A stretch of DNA of 64,000 nt from Strigamia acuminata. Taxonomy: Eukaryota. Location of the stretch: the NCBI GenBank assembly GCA_949358305.1, contig OX442314.1, positions 12,338,001-12,402,000 on the forward strand. Direction: 5' to 3'. Below, piece after piece: positions 36,398-48,759 of the stretch (its first letter is position 1; each line of letters starts with the position of its first letter). The notes under the pieces are model-generated. The model did no database searches and had not been told where the DNA came from. It saw only the letters and a program-made list of their open reading frames with translations. Both the position numbers and the translations under genes were made by a program.

Positions 36398-39300
36398 TAC
36401 TCTTTGTACAGCTCATTGTACTATAATTGAAAAAAATAATAATAAAATAGACCATTCTGTGTTTACACAGTGGACATGTTCCAGATTAAACATTTATAAA
36501 AAAAAGTGTAAAAGAAACGTGTAAATCATGTGTATCTGGAAAAATAGGTGATTGATTTCAGATCTTTAAAATCTGGAAAAAAACATACATAAATGATTCA
36601 TACAAAGAAAATGTTAAAAATGTTTAGAAAAAGCCAAATTTAATTTGTACGTGCATCCATGCATGTTTTATTGCGTACACAAAATGTAATTCATTTTTTA
36701 AGTGGTAAAACAAAAGAAATCGTGTAAAAACGGAATTGAATTTATTTTTTCTAGAGATTGTATTACCTAAATCAACGTTGTCTAAAAACAGAATTGGTTA
36801 TAATACCCTGCACTATGGGCAAAAGGAATTTCCTCCCGCGCTTTATTAAAGACCCGCGGTCTAATGGGGACCATGTGTAATGAGAGGAAATACAGCAATA
36901 ATTTTTTTCTGTATATTAATTTTTATTTTTAAGATTACTGTATTTTTTCATACAGAATATGACAACATATGTGCAAGGCACGTTTCACAGTTTATTACTT
37001 GGGGAAACATTCAAATTGAAAAGCAAGAAAGCAGATGTGATGAATTTTATACTGTAGCTTTTGCTGTACATATAAAATTGGAAAAAGTTAATCTATCGAG
37101 AAAAACTGCTCGATTTTCATATATCAAAAAGTATAGTATTCAGTCAATTAAACCTTCACACAAGGAATAATTTAAGTGAGCAAAATATTTCGTTTGTCTA
37201 AAACAATCCTATTTTTTCACTTTCACTTTCCGTATAAAATTACCGTATTTTACCGATTAAGAGTCGCTCTCGAATAGTAGCCCCGGCTGAGACACTAAGA
37301 ATACCGTATTTTTGCAAAAGTACGGTATTGTTTCCGTATTTAACCTCACGAACGATGAACGTACGTTTCGTTCGTGACGTTCGTGACGTTCAGACTTCGT
37401 TTGTTACATTAAACAAATGTAACGAACGAAAAACCGAAATTGTAATTGCTGACAAAAATGTCAGTTTTGAATAAAATACGGTATTCCAGTTTTTAGTAGA
37501 AAAATTTCTGTTGTTTGATGGAATGCCGGGGACCCCAAACCTCAGATAAGACCCCAAGACGCAAGCCTAATTTGCTTTATGGGTAATTTACCAGTTGTTC
37601 CAATCAAACGAGCGGGAAAACAATTATTCTATCTAAATCAGTTTCCTTGACCTGAAATAATTAAATTTCCGCTCGCGCAGCCTCTACTGGAGATAATTAA
37701 ATTTTTAGCATGAAATGGTCCAGATGCAGCTTTCATGCACAAAAAGATATTAGACTATTACGCCCTTAGAGGCACAGCAGTTAAAAAACAAAAGAAATAC
37801 TTTTGATGTGTTTTTCTTGGGTGAAAGTGCTACTGTTTAGTGTTGTGTACTTGAAGAAAAGCAAAGCACTGCCAAACTCCTAAACATTACAAATTATAGC
37901 AGAAGTTGTCCCGGTGAGGTGCGGGTTTTTATACACCTGTGACTAGTGCGAAGCAGCACTTTATGGTACATATAATCTAAAAGGTGCGCATAATCTTAGA
38001 TTTCAGATGTGGCAGGCTGCCATTCTTGCACGAATGCACATGCTCTGCATTATAAAACTGATGAAAAAGCGAGTGAATATGACTTGTACTTGGTTATTTA
38101 TTATGTTTTATGTTTTTGCCCGTAGTTTTATTTTATTTTTACGTGTTTTGTGTTTCTTTAAGTCGTTAATTGCAGCCATTATAAAACTGTATTCTTTTCG
38201 AGTGTTTGCAATTCGAGAGATTGTTTTATTGCAGTCTTGGTGAAGGATCTAGGGTTTCCCGATGGCCCCACCCATGCAATATGACCTTCGAAAAAATGAC
38301 AAGTACGAGGGGTAGCTAATGCTGGAAATCTCGTGAAGATTTTGATTTCAAAATCCAAAAAAATCGAATGAAATTCTAAAAATCTTTGAAACTTATGAGA
38401 TCTTAGAAATTGTCTCGGAAATTATATCAAAATCAAGCAACATCTTTAAACAAATCTGGCTGAAATCTTTAAATCTTCAAATCCGTAGCAAATCCCTGAA
38501 ATCTTGTGTAAATTTGTGAAATCTCTGATATCCTGGAAATCCTTAAAATCTGACAACTTGTCTTGCTAATAGAAGCAAAATTGAGCAAAATCTATAAAGA
38601 AATCCACCTGAAATCTGCCTGAAATTCTTAAATCTTTAAAATTTAATAGGATTTCAAAATCTCTAATGCGATTTTTGCAATTGGTTACCGGTATCTCCAT
38701 AAAGGTGTCGCCAGTCTGGTGTGGTCGTGGTTTGAACTGCACCTGGTTTTATGTCAATAGGCCCACCAGAAAAGCAAGGAGCTAAATTTATTTTTGTAAT
38801 AAGTAATAAGGATACTGATGAAATCTGAATGTTATGTTTGAATGCTATCATCATTGATTGGAGGAGTTCTCTGCAGGTGTGGAACGAGCTGGGCGAGACC
38901 TAGTGTTAGTTTTTCAAACTTTATCTGAGAGTGGGAAGTGAAGAGGTTGTGAAGAATCATTGTTGTTGCTGCTCCCATCTAGCGGGAATAATAGGAATTG
39001 AAACTATTACATCACACGGTAGATGGTGCGACCTGGAGATGGTAAAACGAAATAAGACGCCAATAAATTTGTTAATGCTTTTGGTTTTTGTAAGCTTGAC
39101 AGAATTGTTGCTCGATATATTTTTCAGATCTTAAGATTGGCAAGTGGTAGACTGCAACTAGCGGCATCTTTGGGAGCTTTAAAAATATTTTTAGTTTTTA
39201 CGCGTTATGAAATAGGTACTAAGAAACTAAGAATTTTTTGTACTTTAATTAAGAACATTTAATAATAAATTATTTATTTAATTTATTGTAAATGCTTTGA

Positions 39301-39799
39301 TAGAACGCAGTATACTTGGCAGAGTTTACGAATGACGTTATTATGATGTCACACCAAACTGAAAACGAGGCTATTGGGTACCCCCATTGATATATTAACA
39401 CACAATTCTTGATAGAATGAAAATAAAAGTTCAATATTTTGAATAGGGCGCTATAGCCAGCGCATCAACCGTAGTCGCGTCACAGCCCTCGCGCGGCAGG
39501 CTTAAGCAGTTGTATAGTACTAATTTGATGGTGCTCTACAACTTTGTAATTGGAAATTTTGCTGTATCTTAAACGGTTTAAAAGTTAGAAAGTGGATGAC
39601 CTTGAAAATGACCTTCAAGGTCAAATTTGATGACATCATTGGATTGCTCGCACCCAACTTCCTATACGATTCCTTCATCAAAGTTGACCTGGATGCAATT
39701 GCTCAGGAAATATTTGGAGGGGACCAGACTTTTAGAACACCCTGTATAAGGGCGACAGAACTTACATTTAATTTTAATTCCTTTTTTAATTTTGTATTT

Positions 39800-40216
39800 T
39801 TGAAAGTGGTAGCAATACGACCTCCACCTCGACCTCTTCCCTTACCCCTACCTCTTCCTCGACCTTTTCTCTTACCTCTTCCTTGACCCCTTCCCTTACC
39901 CCTACCTCTTTCTCGACCGGGTGGCCGACTACGCGGACGGCCACGTGTTGGGGCTGGCATGGGGGGGATGAAAGGGACAAACGAGCTTGAGCTGGCGAAG
40001 GTGGGGGACTTGCAATGGCATATTCATCGGTGTCGTCACTATTAATAGGAAGCTCTCTTCGAATGCCAACATCTGTATTGTACACAGCAGATAAAATAGA
40101 GTTGGAACCACTTTAAAAGTTCCATCTATATGCACCTCAGCTGCATTGGTTATTAAAACCGTTAGCAATTCAGGTGCCACAAAAACATAAATCAAGGCCT
40201 CATTAGATGTGTGCAA
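39800..40216 (-). pseudogene. Mutator (MULE) transposase fragment plus RG-repeat tract
   Basis: EVHIDGTFKVVPTLFYLLCTI resembles the first catalytic-D motif (DGTFK..P..F.QL.TI) of MULE transposases. An adjacent frame encodes (RG)n repeats. Frames are broken. Confidence 0.65.
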
Positions 40217-43208
40217 TGTAGTTTTGTTTTAAATAATATTTTTAATTAGTTACAGAGTAATAACACTTTCAAAATTGTCAGGTTTCTCTGGTTTACGCTG
40301 TATAATAATAATAATATTAATAATAATAATAATAATAATAATAACAATGTACATTCGTGGTCATAAAAATCTTCCCGCTTAGCTTCAAGCTCATCTGTAA
40401 AATGAGTGTTTCTAAATGAATTCACCAAATGGTGCAAAAACTAATCGATGCATTGTGACAACTTTGTGTGTAAATAATGCCACAGAACTAAAATATTTTT
40501 AGTTTTTACATTTTATGAAGTAGGTACTAAGAAACTTCTTCTGGTTTTCAATTAACTTTCTTTATAATTAGTTTTTGAAGTGTGCAGTAACACTGCAATG
40601 GCCAACCGTTGTTTGTAGTATCGTAATATCGAGTAATACAGATACAGCATATTTGTTCATTTGTTTTCGCTTTGGAGCCGTTTGTTGCAGCTGGTTGTCA
40701 ACCTGTTGCATATTTCTGCATTCATATATGGTGCGAGTTTCACATTTATTAAATCAGTCTATTTTTTTTTTCAATAATAAATTATTTATTTCATTTATTT
40801 TTATCCACTTAAGCAAACTAAGTACGTATTTGTTTATGCATTATTGAAGATACACTTTATGCTGAAAAATTCAATTTCAACAAATTTGCATGAAATCTTT
40901 TATAAAAACAAATTTTCTTTCCTACACGTTCCTAATTTACATTTTATTGCATAAATCAAACGCCAAAATTTAGCTTTCTCTATTTTAAAACACGCTCGCT
41001 AGCTGGCTCTTGGTTACCAAACAATCAACTCGTGCCGGCGCATCAACGAGACAACTTGGCACGGAAACCTTCTAAAACAATTTGGACTGCGAAACCCTTT
41101 TACTACATGTCACGGCTCTGTTTTTGACTCGTCAATTAAGACAAACCTCATTTACATTCCTCTTACTGCTTGAATTTGACTCTCTTTCAACGCTAATCGA
41201 TTTTCCAATTAACAAAGAAATATTCCCGAAGAAATCAGGTGTGGAAGTCTCAGAACTTAATCAAAGTGAAATCTAATTGTTGCTTCAACAAACAAAAGAA
41301 AAATGAAACATTAATTTCAATTCAATGCACGTTAATGCTACTCGTTTATTTACATACGTAAATTGTTTACAAATCAATTATTATCGTGCATTGCACCGCC
41401 AATTCCACTCGGATGATTCGAAGCAACGATACGTTTCAGTTTGGTTTCCTTTCTCTTCATGAAACAAATTTTGTTTCTACAAATATTTACTTTTATTTTT
41501 ATCTCCATGCGCATCTCCTGGCGTTTGTTTTTAGTTTAATACCCACAGCTTGTTTGTGCAGGCGGAGATGTAGATGCAGTGCATAGGGCTTTGCGTGCAT
41601 GTGAGCTTGTTTTTAATTTCCGGTTTTTATTCATCGATTCATCCGTCCTTCAGGTGCAATTTGTTTGCTGTGTAAGATGCTGTGTTTTTTGGACGAATTT
41701 CATATGTATTGTATAGTTGATGTAATTTGACTTTTTGATTTATTTCTTTGATGCGAAGTGTCAGTTTTTGATTTGTCAATTTTTATTTCGCAAAAGGGAA
41801 GAAAAAATGTTCTTGAAATGAAATTGGATTTAAAAAGGGGAATTAACGTGCGTTTTATCATCGACAGCCATTTGTGTATTTCCTTCGATGAAATTAGACG
41901 TGAAAACGGGATTTAAGCAAGTCTGTGATCGACAGACAAATGCCATTATCTCCTTAGGTGAGATGGGAAACATGAAAAGTGCGTTTGTCATCGTTGATGG
42001 TCTCCCATTTTTTTTTGTTGGTGAATTGACGTTTTTCAATTCTGGCAATTATAAACTCGAAATTCAGCATAAGGGAATACAGTCTTCGCCAATTTTTCTT
42101 AGCTTTTGGGAGCAATTCAAATTTTCTAGCGTAAAATACTATTTTTAACTCAATTAGCCGTTTTCGTGGGCTTCATTTGTCTTTATTAAATGCATATATA
42201 GAATAAATTTAAGTCTCTTTCGTTCTTTTTCACTTGGAAACATGTATGGGCGATGCTGAATTAATTAGAAGCCTTGATACAACGAATTGAATAATTGGAC
42301 CAGCTATTATTCTGACAAAATGTTGTTACTTGGAGGTTTCCGCTTTGACTAGCCCTTTTACCGGCTGCACTGCACGTGGATCGTACGGAGATGATTAATG
42401 TTCCGAAAATGGAAAGAAAGCTAATTGCGCGGCCATTCCGGGATTTAGTTTAAGACACGGGGGAATTTTTAGCGTATAGAAGGAAAAAAAATTCACTAAT
42501 TAATGAATCAATAACTGAACTGAACTAAAAGAAGAAAAAAAATTGCTTTTGACTTCTTTTCTGTCGGATATTGGATTTTTTTTTCTTTCGTATTCTTTGT
42601 CGACATATGGTGCCGATATTGTAATTAATTTAATTAATTTACAAATTAACTGAAACCCAGAGTAGAATTCGTGGTTTTTTAAATAAAAAAGGTTAACTTT
42701 TTGGTTTTATCAGATTAACTTGACGCCATTTTCTTATCAACACGGTTCCATCACTAATCTCTTGATAATGATGTAACATCAGACAAAATCTTTAAAAAAA
42801 AATAAGAAAATAATCTTTTCAAATAATTGATAATCCGAAATTGTGGATTTAAATTTGAAGGATGTGGGATTGATTGCGCCGCAGCGGATTGTTTTTGCGT
42901 GATTGTTTCTCACACGTGGGCAGCGTTTTGCCAGCCGACACTTCCTTTATCGATTTGACTGCGAAACGAACCACCTGTAGCTCTTCCGCCAATCGGGGGC
43001 CGCGTCGATCGCTTTCCCGTTTACCCACCCCCGATGCCCGATCACTTGGGGGCGGACGCCGATGGTGCGCGCGCCATCAAACCGGTCGCTCGTGTTACGT
43101 TACCATCCCCGCCAACCTGGATGACGATCAACGCACCTCGAGCCGTGGATTTGCACTAGATAACCATAACCGGGGTGACTGATGCGAGTTAGTGCCAGTC
43201 ACCACTAG

Positions 43209-43383
43209 ATGGACGATCCAGGTGAATTGTACGATGACGAAGAGGAGGAGGAAAGAGAAAGACACGTTGACGACAAGCGGCGACTGCACGTGCGGTACGG
43301 AGTGTTGCCTACTCTGATCTGCGCTTACCGGCAAGTGGTACGCTGTCTGCGGCATGCATGGACTGGGGTCAGGAAGACCATAG
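43209..43383 (+). CDS. KChIP: KChIP first coding exon (best-supported N-terminus)
   Basis: ATG 43209, MDDPGELYDDEEEE...RCLRHAWTGVRKTI, donor AG|GTAGGG in phase 1. The AWTGV motif precedes the core in arthropod KChIPs as I recall. Preceded by a GC-rich leader (42875-43200). Spliced to the core it gives 253 aa. Confidence 0.8.
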
Positions 43384-43853
43384 GTAGGGGGATGGTTGAT
43401 TCGGTGTTGTGTAGTGTGTGCTGCGTTGTAATGTGGTGTTTTCGTTTAATTTTTCTGTTAACTAATCGCTAAATGGAAGAAATTGAGAGTATTTGTGTCG
43501 TTGAACTGCGTTGAGGATTATGGATTTATTTTTTTATTTTTTCTTAAGTGTTCTCCATCACGTCCAGTCGAGATTAATCAAGTTTGATGGGATTTAGTCG
43601 AAGGTGAGAGGGCGGAGGAAATTGTGGGTGATAAAAATGATGATGAATATGTAGATAGGAATTGTAGAGCTTTTCATGGGAAAGATTGAGATAAGGAAAT
43701 GTTTGAGGTGTGGGTCGGAGAATGCCATCAACTCTACTCAAGCGCCATTGGGTTGGAAATTGCAGTGCTTAGTGCGAGAGATGGGATTAGCTTCTAACGA
43801 CCAAATATACGCAGTCGTTTTCTTTTGGCTTTTTGTCTTATTCTTCTCATTTG

Positions 43854-43884
<31 letters not shown>

Positions 43885-45389
43885 GGGCGGAATTTTTGGG
43901 TTTATTTTAAATGAATTTGGCGGAGAGAGATAGAAATGGATGTAAATAAGTCGAGGTTTGTGTGTGGATGATGGAAAATGTGGATTTTCAATCGTTGTTA
44001 TTGGATTTGCGTGTAATGTGTGTTGCGCATCGTTTTTTGGATATTGGGAAAAGTTGATGGAATGGTAAAATGTGAATTCGTTCAATTTTTTTTTTTTGGT
44101 TTGTTTCATATTGAAGTCTATTTTTTTTTTTTAAATCTATGTTCAATATGAACAGATGAGAATTTTATCCACTCTGGCGGCCGTTTTTGAAAGGTTGCAT
44201 TTCATGAGATCTGAAGTGATCAGTAAATTTAGTTATGGTGGAGCATCATCACTCATCAGTAAGACAAATTGTGGGAATTGGGAATAATTGGATTTGATTT
44301 TATAAGGTATTTGTGTTTGAAAGAGAATTTTTATTGATTTCATAAAATATTTTTCAATACCAATATGTCAGTTCAATAATCTTCTTGATTGAAACAAATA
44401 TTTGCTCAAAATCACGGTAAACATTTTTTTACAGTCAATTCTGATGGCATAATAACGAATCAAAATATTTTTTTAAGATCGAAGTACTAAAAATAGCAAT
44501 AAAAATTATTCATTGAAAAAGAATTTTTTTTTAAAAAAAAAGTGACATTGCAATATTTTTTTTTTTTATATATTAATCGATTTCAATTAAATAGCCATTA
44601 AAAAATTACAAATGACAAAGTAATTTTAAAAAAAAACAATTTTTTTTCTATTTGTCAGTTGGCGTTTCTAGATTTCTCGGGGGGAGGGGGGGGATGGATA
44701 TAAAGGCTTGGCGAGTCGTCCAATGGGAATTTCGGCGATTTGTAAAAAGCAGTGTGACAGTATAGGACCACGCGATATTTTTTTCACAAACCGACGAGTA
44801 ACTTACTTTGCCGATTATGGCATGACTGATGTTCTCCCAACTTCAAAGAAAAGACATTTCTACAGATAAAAGAAAGTTGTGGATCGAAGTGTGTTGCAAG
44901 CCACTTTCCCATTTGTGTTCCAGGGGGGTGAATGGAGGATTTTACATTTTGCTTTGCTTTACTTTGCTTTGCCTTGCCGTCAAGTAAACAGATAAACGTC
45001 TTACATGTTAGATGTTTTGGATTGATTGCTTCAGACTCGAACATCGGATTCTGGCTTCGAGATCTTTTAGCAATGATGAGAAACGAAATGCAGGTTTTAA
45101 CTTTTAAGATTTGAGGTGATTAATCATGGCACGACCTTGGATTCGGAATATGATACAGTATTGCCCCGCTTTAAGCCGAATTATGCCGCTATGCATTGGA
45201 TTACCAACTTTTGAAAATTCCAGATACAAAGCTTATACCGGCATGCTCGTATGAAGTGAAACATGCCGTTATGAGTGAAAAGGCGGATTGTTTTTGTATT
45301 TTTAATTAAAAGAACCCAGATTAATAATTATATTGGAATTTGAGCCAGAAATTTGGGTTTTCTTGATATTCTAAAGGTTATTATTAAAA

Positions 45390-46690
45390 GGCAACATATT
45401 ATTTCACCCCCATTTTGACTAGTTTTTACCCCCAAAAGAGGGTTTATTTTTCCCCCCATCCAAACTCCCCCAAGTAAACTAAAGGGCCCCCCTAACTGTA
45501 ATATCCCCTACTATTGTATTTTTCCCCCAACCAATTAACCCTCATTTATTTGTAAACGAACCCCCAAGAATTATTTATACAACCCCCTACGTTTCAAACA
45601 CGTTCCCCATTGTTACGTCTTGGCTACGGTTAGATTTTGTAGTATATAAGTCGGTCTGGAAGAATCACATAACCATAAAACACTGTTGCACAGTTGTAGT
45701 AACAATGGCACCTACTCGACTTGTAATTAACGATTCCGATACCGATTCCGATAGTGGTGAGTACGAGCCGCCAACCAAACGGAAGACTTTTGAGTGGACG
45801 AAAATTCGAACCTTTTCTACGGGTGAGGAAGCCAAAGAATACATCCGGAATGAGAAAATGTGGACTTGTTTTTGGACTACTTTGAAGCCGTATACTTGGA
45901 GCAATTCGTTGGCTGGCACACGGGACACTTCAAAGGCGCGCCATGCACCAACAACGGCTTGTAGTCGACCAACAACAGCATTAAAACACACGAGACATTT
46001 CGGGAGAGACTGGCAATGGACATCTTCATTCATAAGTTGAAAGGGATGGTGAAATGTTGGTCTTTAAAAAGGCACATGGAATCCGACGGTTACAACTGGA
46101 AACGAACAAAACCTAGCGTGATTGTCCGTGTACAAGGTAATGTTAAGTCTTACTATGTCACCCCTGGTGGACAACCAAACTTAACAGACACCAGTGTAAA
46201 CGCCTACCTGCGGCAAGAGGAGCGGAAAAGTTGGCGCCGATTCGACACATACCTGCACTCAAGAAGTAGTGTGTGGCTGGTTAGTATTACGAATGATGCA
46301 TGGAGCACGGGAACGTGCACATGCTCCGTGTTTGCAAAAATTTATATTTGTAAACACATTGTTGGGATAGCTGTTATTGAGAACTTGCTTGTTGTGCCAC
46401 CGGAGGCCAAAACCATTCCCCTTGGCCAAAAAAGAAAGCGTGGGCACCCAGCTAAAGCGAAGAGGGCCTTGTGTACGTAGTGAGAAGACAGCGTTATGAT
46501 ATTGGGATTACGTGGGGGGTACTTTAGAAATTATTGGGGGTAAAATTGGTTGGGGGGCAAACACATTACTAGGGGGAAGTAAAGTTTGGGGCGGTTATCT
46601 AGTTTACACGGGGGGGTTTGGTTGGGGGAAAATTTTATTCCACTTAGGGGCCAAAATTTAGTCAAAATGGGGGTGGTTTAAATCGGACCC
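45390..46690 (+). mobile_element. Internally deleted Mutator-like element (MULE), 1301 bp
   Basis: Perfect 9-bp TSD TTATTAAAA (45381-45389, 46691-46699); long imperfect C-run/G-run TIRs (CACCCCCATTTTGACTA / TAGTCAAAATGGGGGTG); transposase remnants inside. Confidence 0.9.
45705..46480 (+). pseudogene. MULE transposase remnant: N-terminus joined out of frame to C-terminal catalytic/SWIM region
   Basis: After a frame change at ~45870: FLDYF...GW...TNNGL*STNNSIK (TAG at 45962 where the catalytic E is expected), SWIM CTCSVFAKIYICKH, and an AT-hook-like tail KRKRGHPAKAKRAL. Confidence 0.85.
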
Positions 46691-48204
46691 TTATTAAAAT
46701 TTGGGTACATTTAGGCCGATTTCCTACATTTTGGGCATCTAAAAATGCTTTTTAAGCATGTTTTGGTTTAATTCTCATTGAAAAAAATTCGTACTAACTT
46801 AAAACGGGGTTTACCGACATGCTGGTAAAACTCAAACTATACCGGCATGCGGCTTAAAGTGAGGTAATATGGTAAGTAAAACTAACCATTCTTTTTAAAG
46901 AAATAATGAAAAGATCTGTAGGCTTAAATAGAGTGGTTGGGAGTGTGGCAGCTATAAAAAACGCTCAATATGCTATTGCATGCGAGCAATCACCGTCTTG
47001 GGGTTCATTTACTTCTATCCGTATATCTTCAGGTAGAAGCTTCGTCTGATTTGTTTATTAGAGTATGAATTTTTAATTTTAATTAATTTTGAGATATTAA
47101 TCAACATAATTTAAGTTTTACGAATGTTGTTGCGGTCCGTTGTTTGACTATAAACTGTAAACCGATTTGCTAACTCGATTGCAGTTGCAATTGCAATTGA
47201 TTTAACAACAATTTAGCACGTACATCAGGGGAGGATCTGCATATTAAAACTAATGAAGCTTAAGCTTCAGGGCCTGTGAGATGCCAATCGCATCTACTTT
47301 TGGTCAGCACCGATGACCAATGCTGTGGACCAATCAGCTTGGGCCAATTGATTTTCTTTGCAATAGTAATTTTGAATTGAATTAAGTTAGCTAAGTTACC
47401 CAGACAAAACCTTACAGGATTCCTATTCCCGGAGGGGCTCCAGAAGCGACTTTCGTCCATATTGGTTAAAAGTTTGGATGTGCTGTATGAGAAGGGGTTT
47501 TTAAAAAAAATAACAGTAATATTAATGATACATTAGGCACGTTCAAAGTTTCAATTTACCTTCACCATCACCAAAAAACGCTAGGGTTGGGGTATTCGAG
47601 TTCAAGGGTCAATGTTTGGGGATGCAAAAAAGGGAGTCACTCAGTGGTGACTAAAAGAACCAAACAATCAAAAACAATACATCAAACAAATCAATATCGC
47701 AAATAAATCAAACTAACAACAAATTATAAATTGCACTCAAAACCAAAACCACGACTGGAGTGGTTATGAATCGGTTTATATCGGGTTTTGGTTTTTCCAA
47801 CCAAATTCAAAATGGCCGCCTCGAACGTTAGATTGACGGATCAGACTTTCAAGCGTCATAAACACTTTCAGGTGAAGCATCCACCTTCCAAAATGTGAGT
47901 AAATGCTAAATTATGTTTATTGGGCCACAACCACAATTCGTTGGTTAAATGAAAGATAAGGAATTTTTATACACCATAACAAACGGGTCTAAAAACGAAC
48001 AAATTCACGGTTAGGCACGTTTTTACATACTATTTTGGCTGTTTTTATAAACTGAAACTTTGTACGGATGTATTGTAATTTATTATAGTTTATTATAGTT
48101 GGCAAAGGACTATAGTGTGGCTATTCAGACCCTAACGCTGGTTGCAAAGGGCTACAGGACCCCAAAGGAGTAGGTGTTCAGCTTTTCAAGATTTTGACGT
48201 GTCC

Positions 48205-48759
48205 TTAATCTTGTGCTGAATTTGGCTTCTTTTTCTGGCGCAGGAGATTGGCAAGTGATTTTTTAGTTTCGTAGCACCCTGATTCATCTTTGATCTGATC
48301 TAGTACTCGATTGGGATTCCCATCCAACGATAACAATAATTTGAAATGATCTTTTCTTTCTTCGCTCATTTGTCGGATAGCTCTCTTGAACGGGTATTTG
48401 TTATATTCTTCCTCAAGTCTGTCATGATTATGCTCATCAATGATTTCCGAGACAAAATACTTGTCCATTTTGGGAATAAAGGAATATCGAATATACGCTT
48501 GACAGTTCATTTTTATTGTCGATGATTGCCTTTTACCAGTAGATCGGCTTTGGTAGTTGCCAAAATGCACACAGGCATACGTCACACTGAAATACTTATT
48601 ATCCGAACAAATCTTCATTTTTAACCGTTTGTTATAGTTTTCTATCGTCTGGCTTTTTGTTATCGTAAATAATGGAGAAAATGTACTGTCGCAGTACGCC
48701 ATGTGTTTTTCAAGACATTCTTCCCAGTTCGAAAATAAATCGCGTTGATTCATGTTCAT
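48205..48759 (-). CDS. MULE-derived N-terminal DNA-binding domain (ZSWIM3-N / FAR1 / WRKY-GCM1-like Zn finger), 184 aa
   Basis: F..WEE...YC...F...S.TIE.YNKR...YACVH.G...STGKRQ..T.K.NCQAYI...HNH pattern; no DDE domain follows. Confidence 0.7.
   Translation of the reverse strand: MNMNQRDLFSNWEECLEKHMAYCDSTFSPLFTITKSQTIENYNKRLKMKICSDNKYFSVTYACVHFGNYQSRSTGKRQSSTIKMNCQAYIRYSFIPKMDKYFVSEIIDEHNHDRLEEEYNKYPFKRAIRQMSEERKDHFKLLLSLDGNPNRVLDQIKDESGCYETKKSLANLLRQKKKPNSAQD

Larger units (their letters stand above)
45156..46872. mobile_element. Tc1/mariner-type MITE hosting the MULE insertion
   Basis: TA|CAGTATTGCCCCGCTTTAAGCCG ... CGGCTTAAAGTGAGGTAATATGG|TA. Confidence 0.65.
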
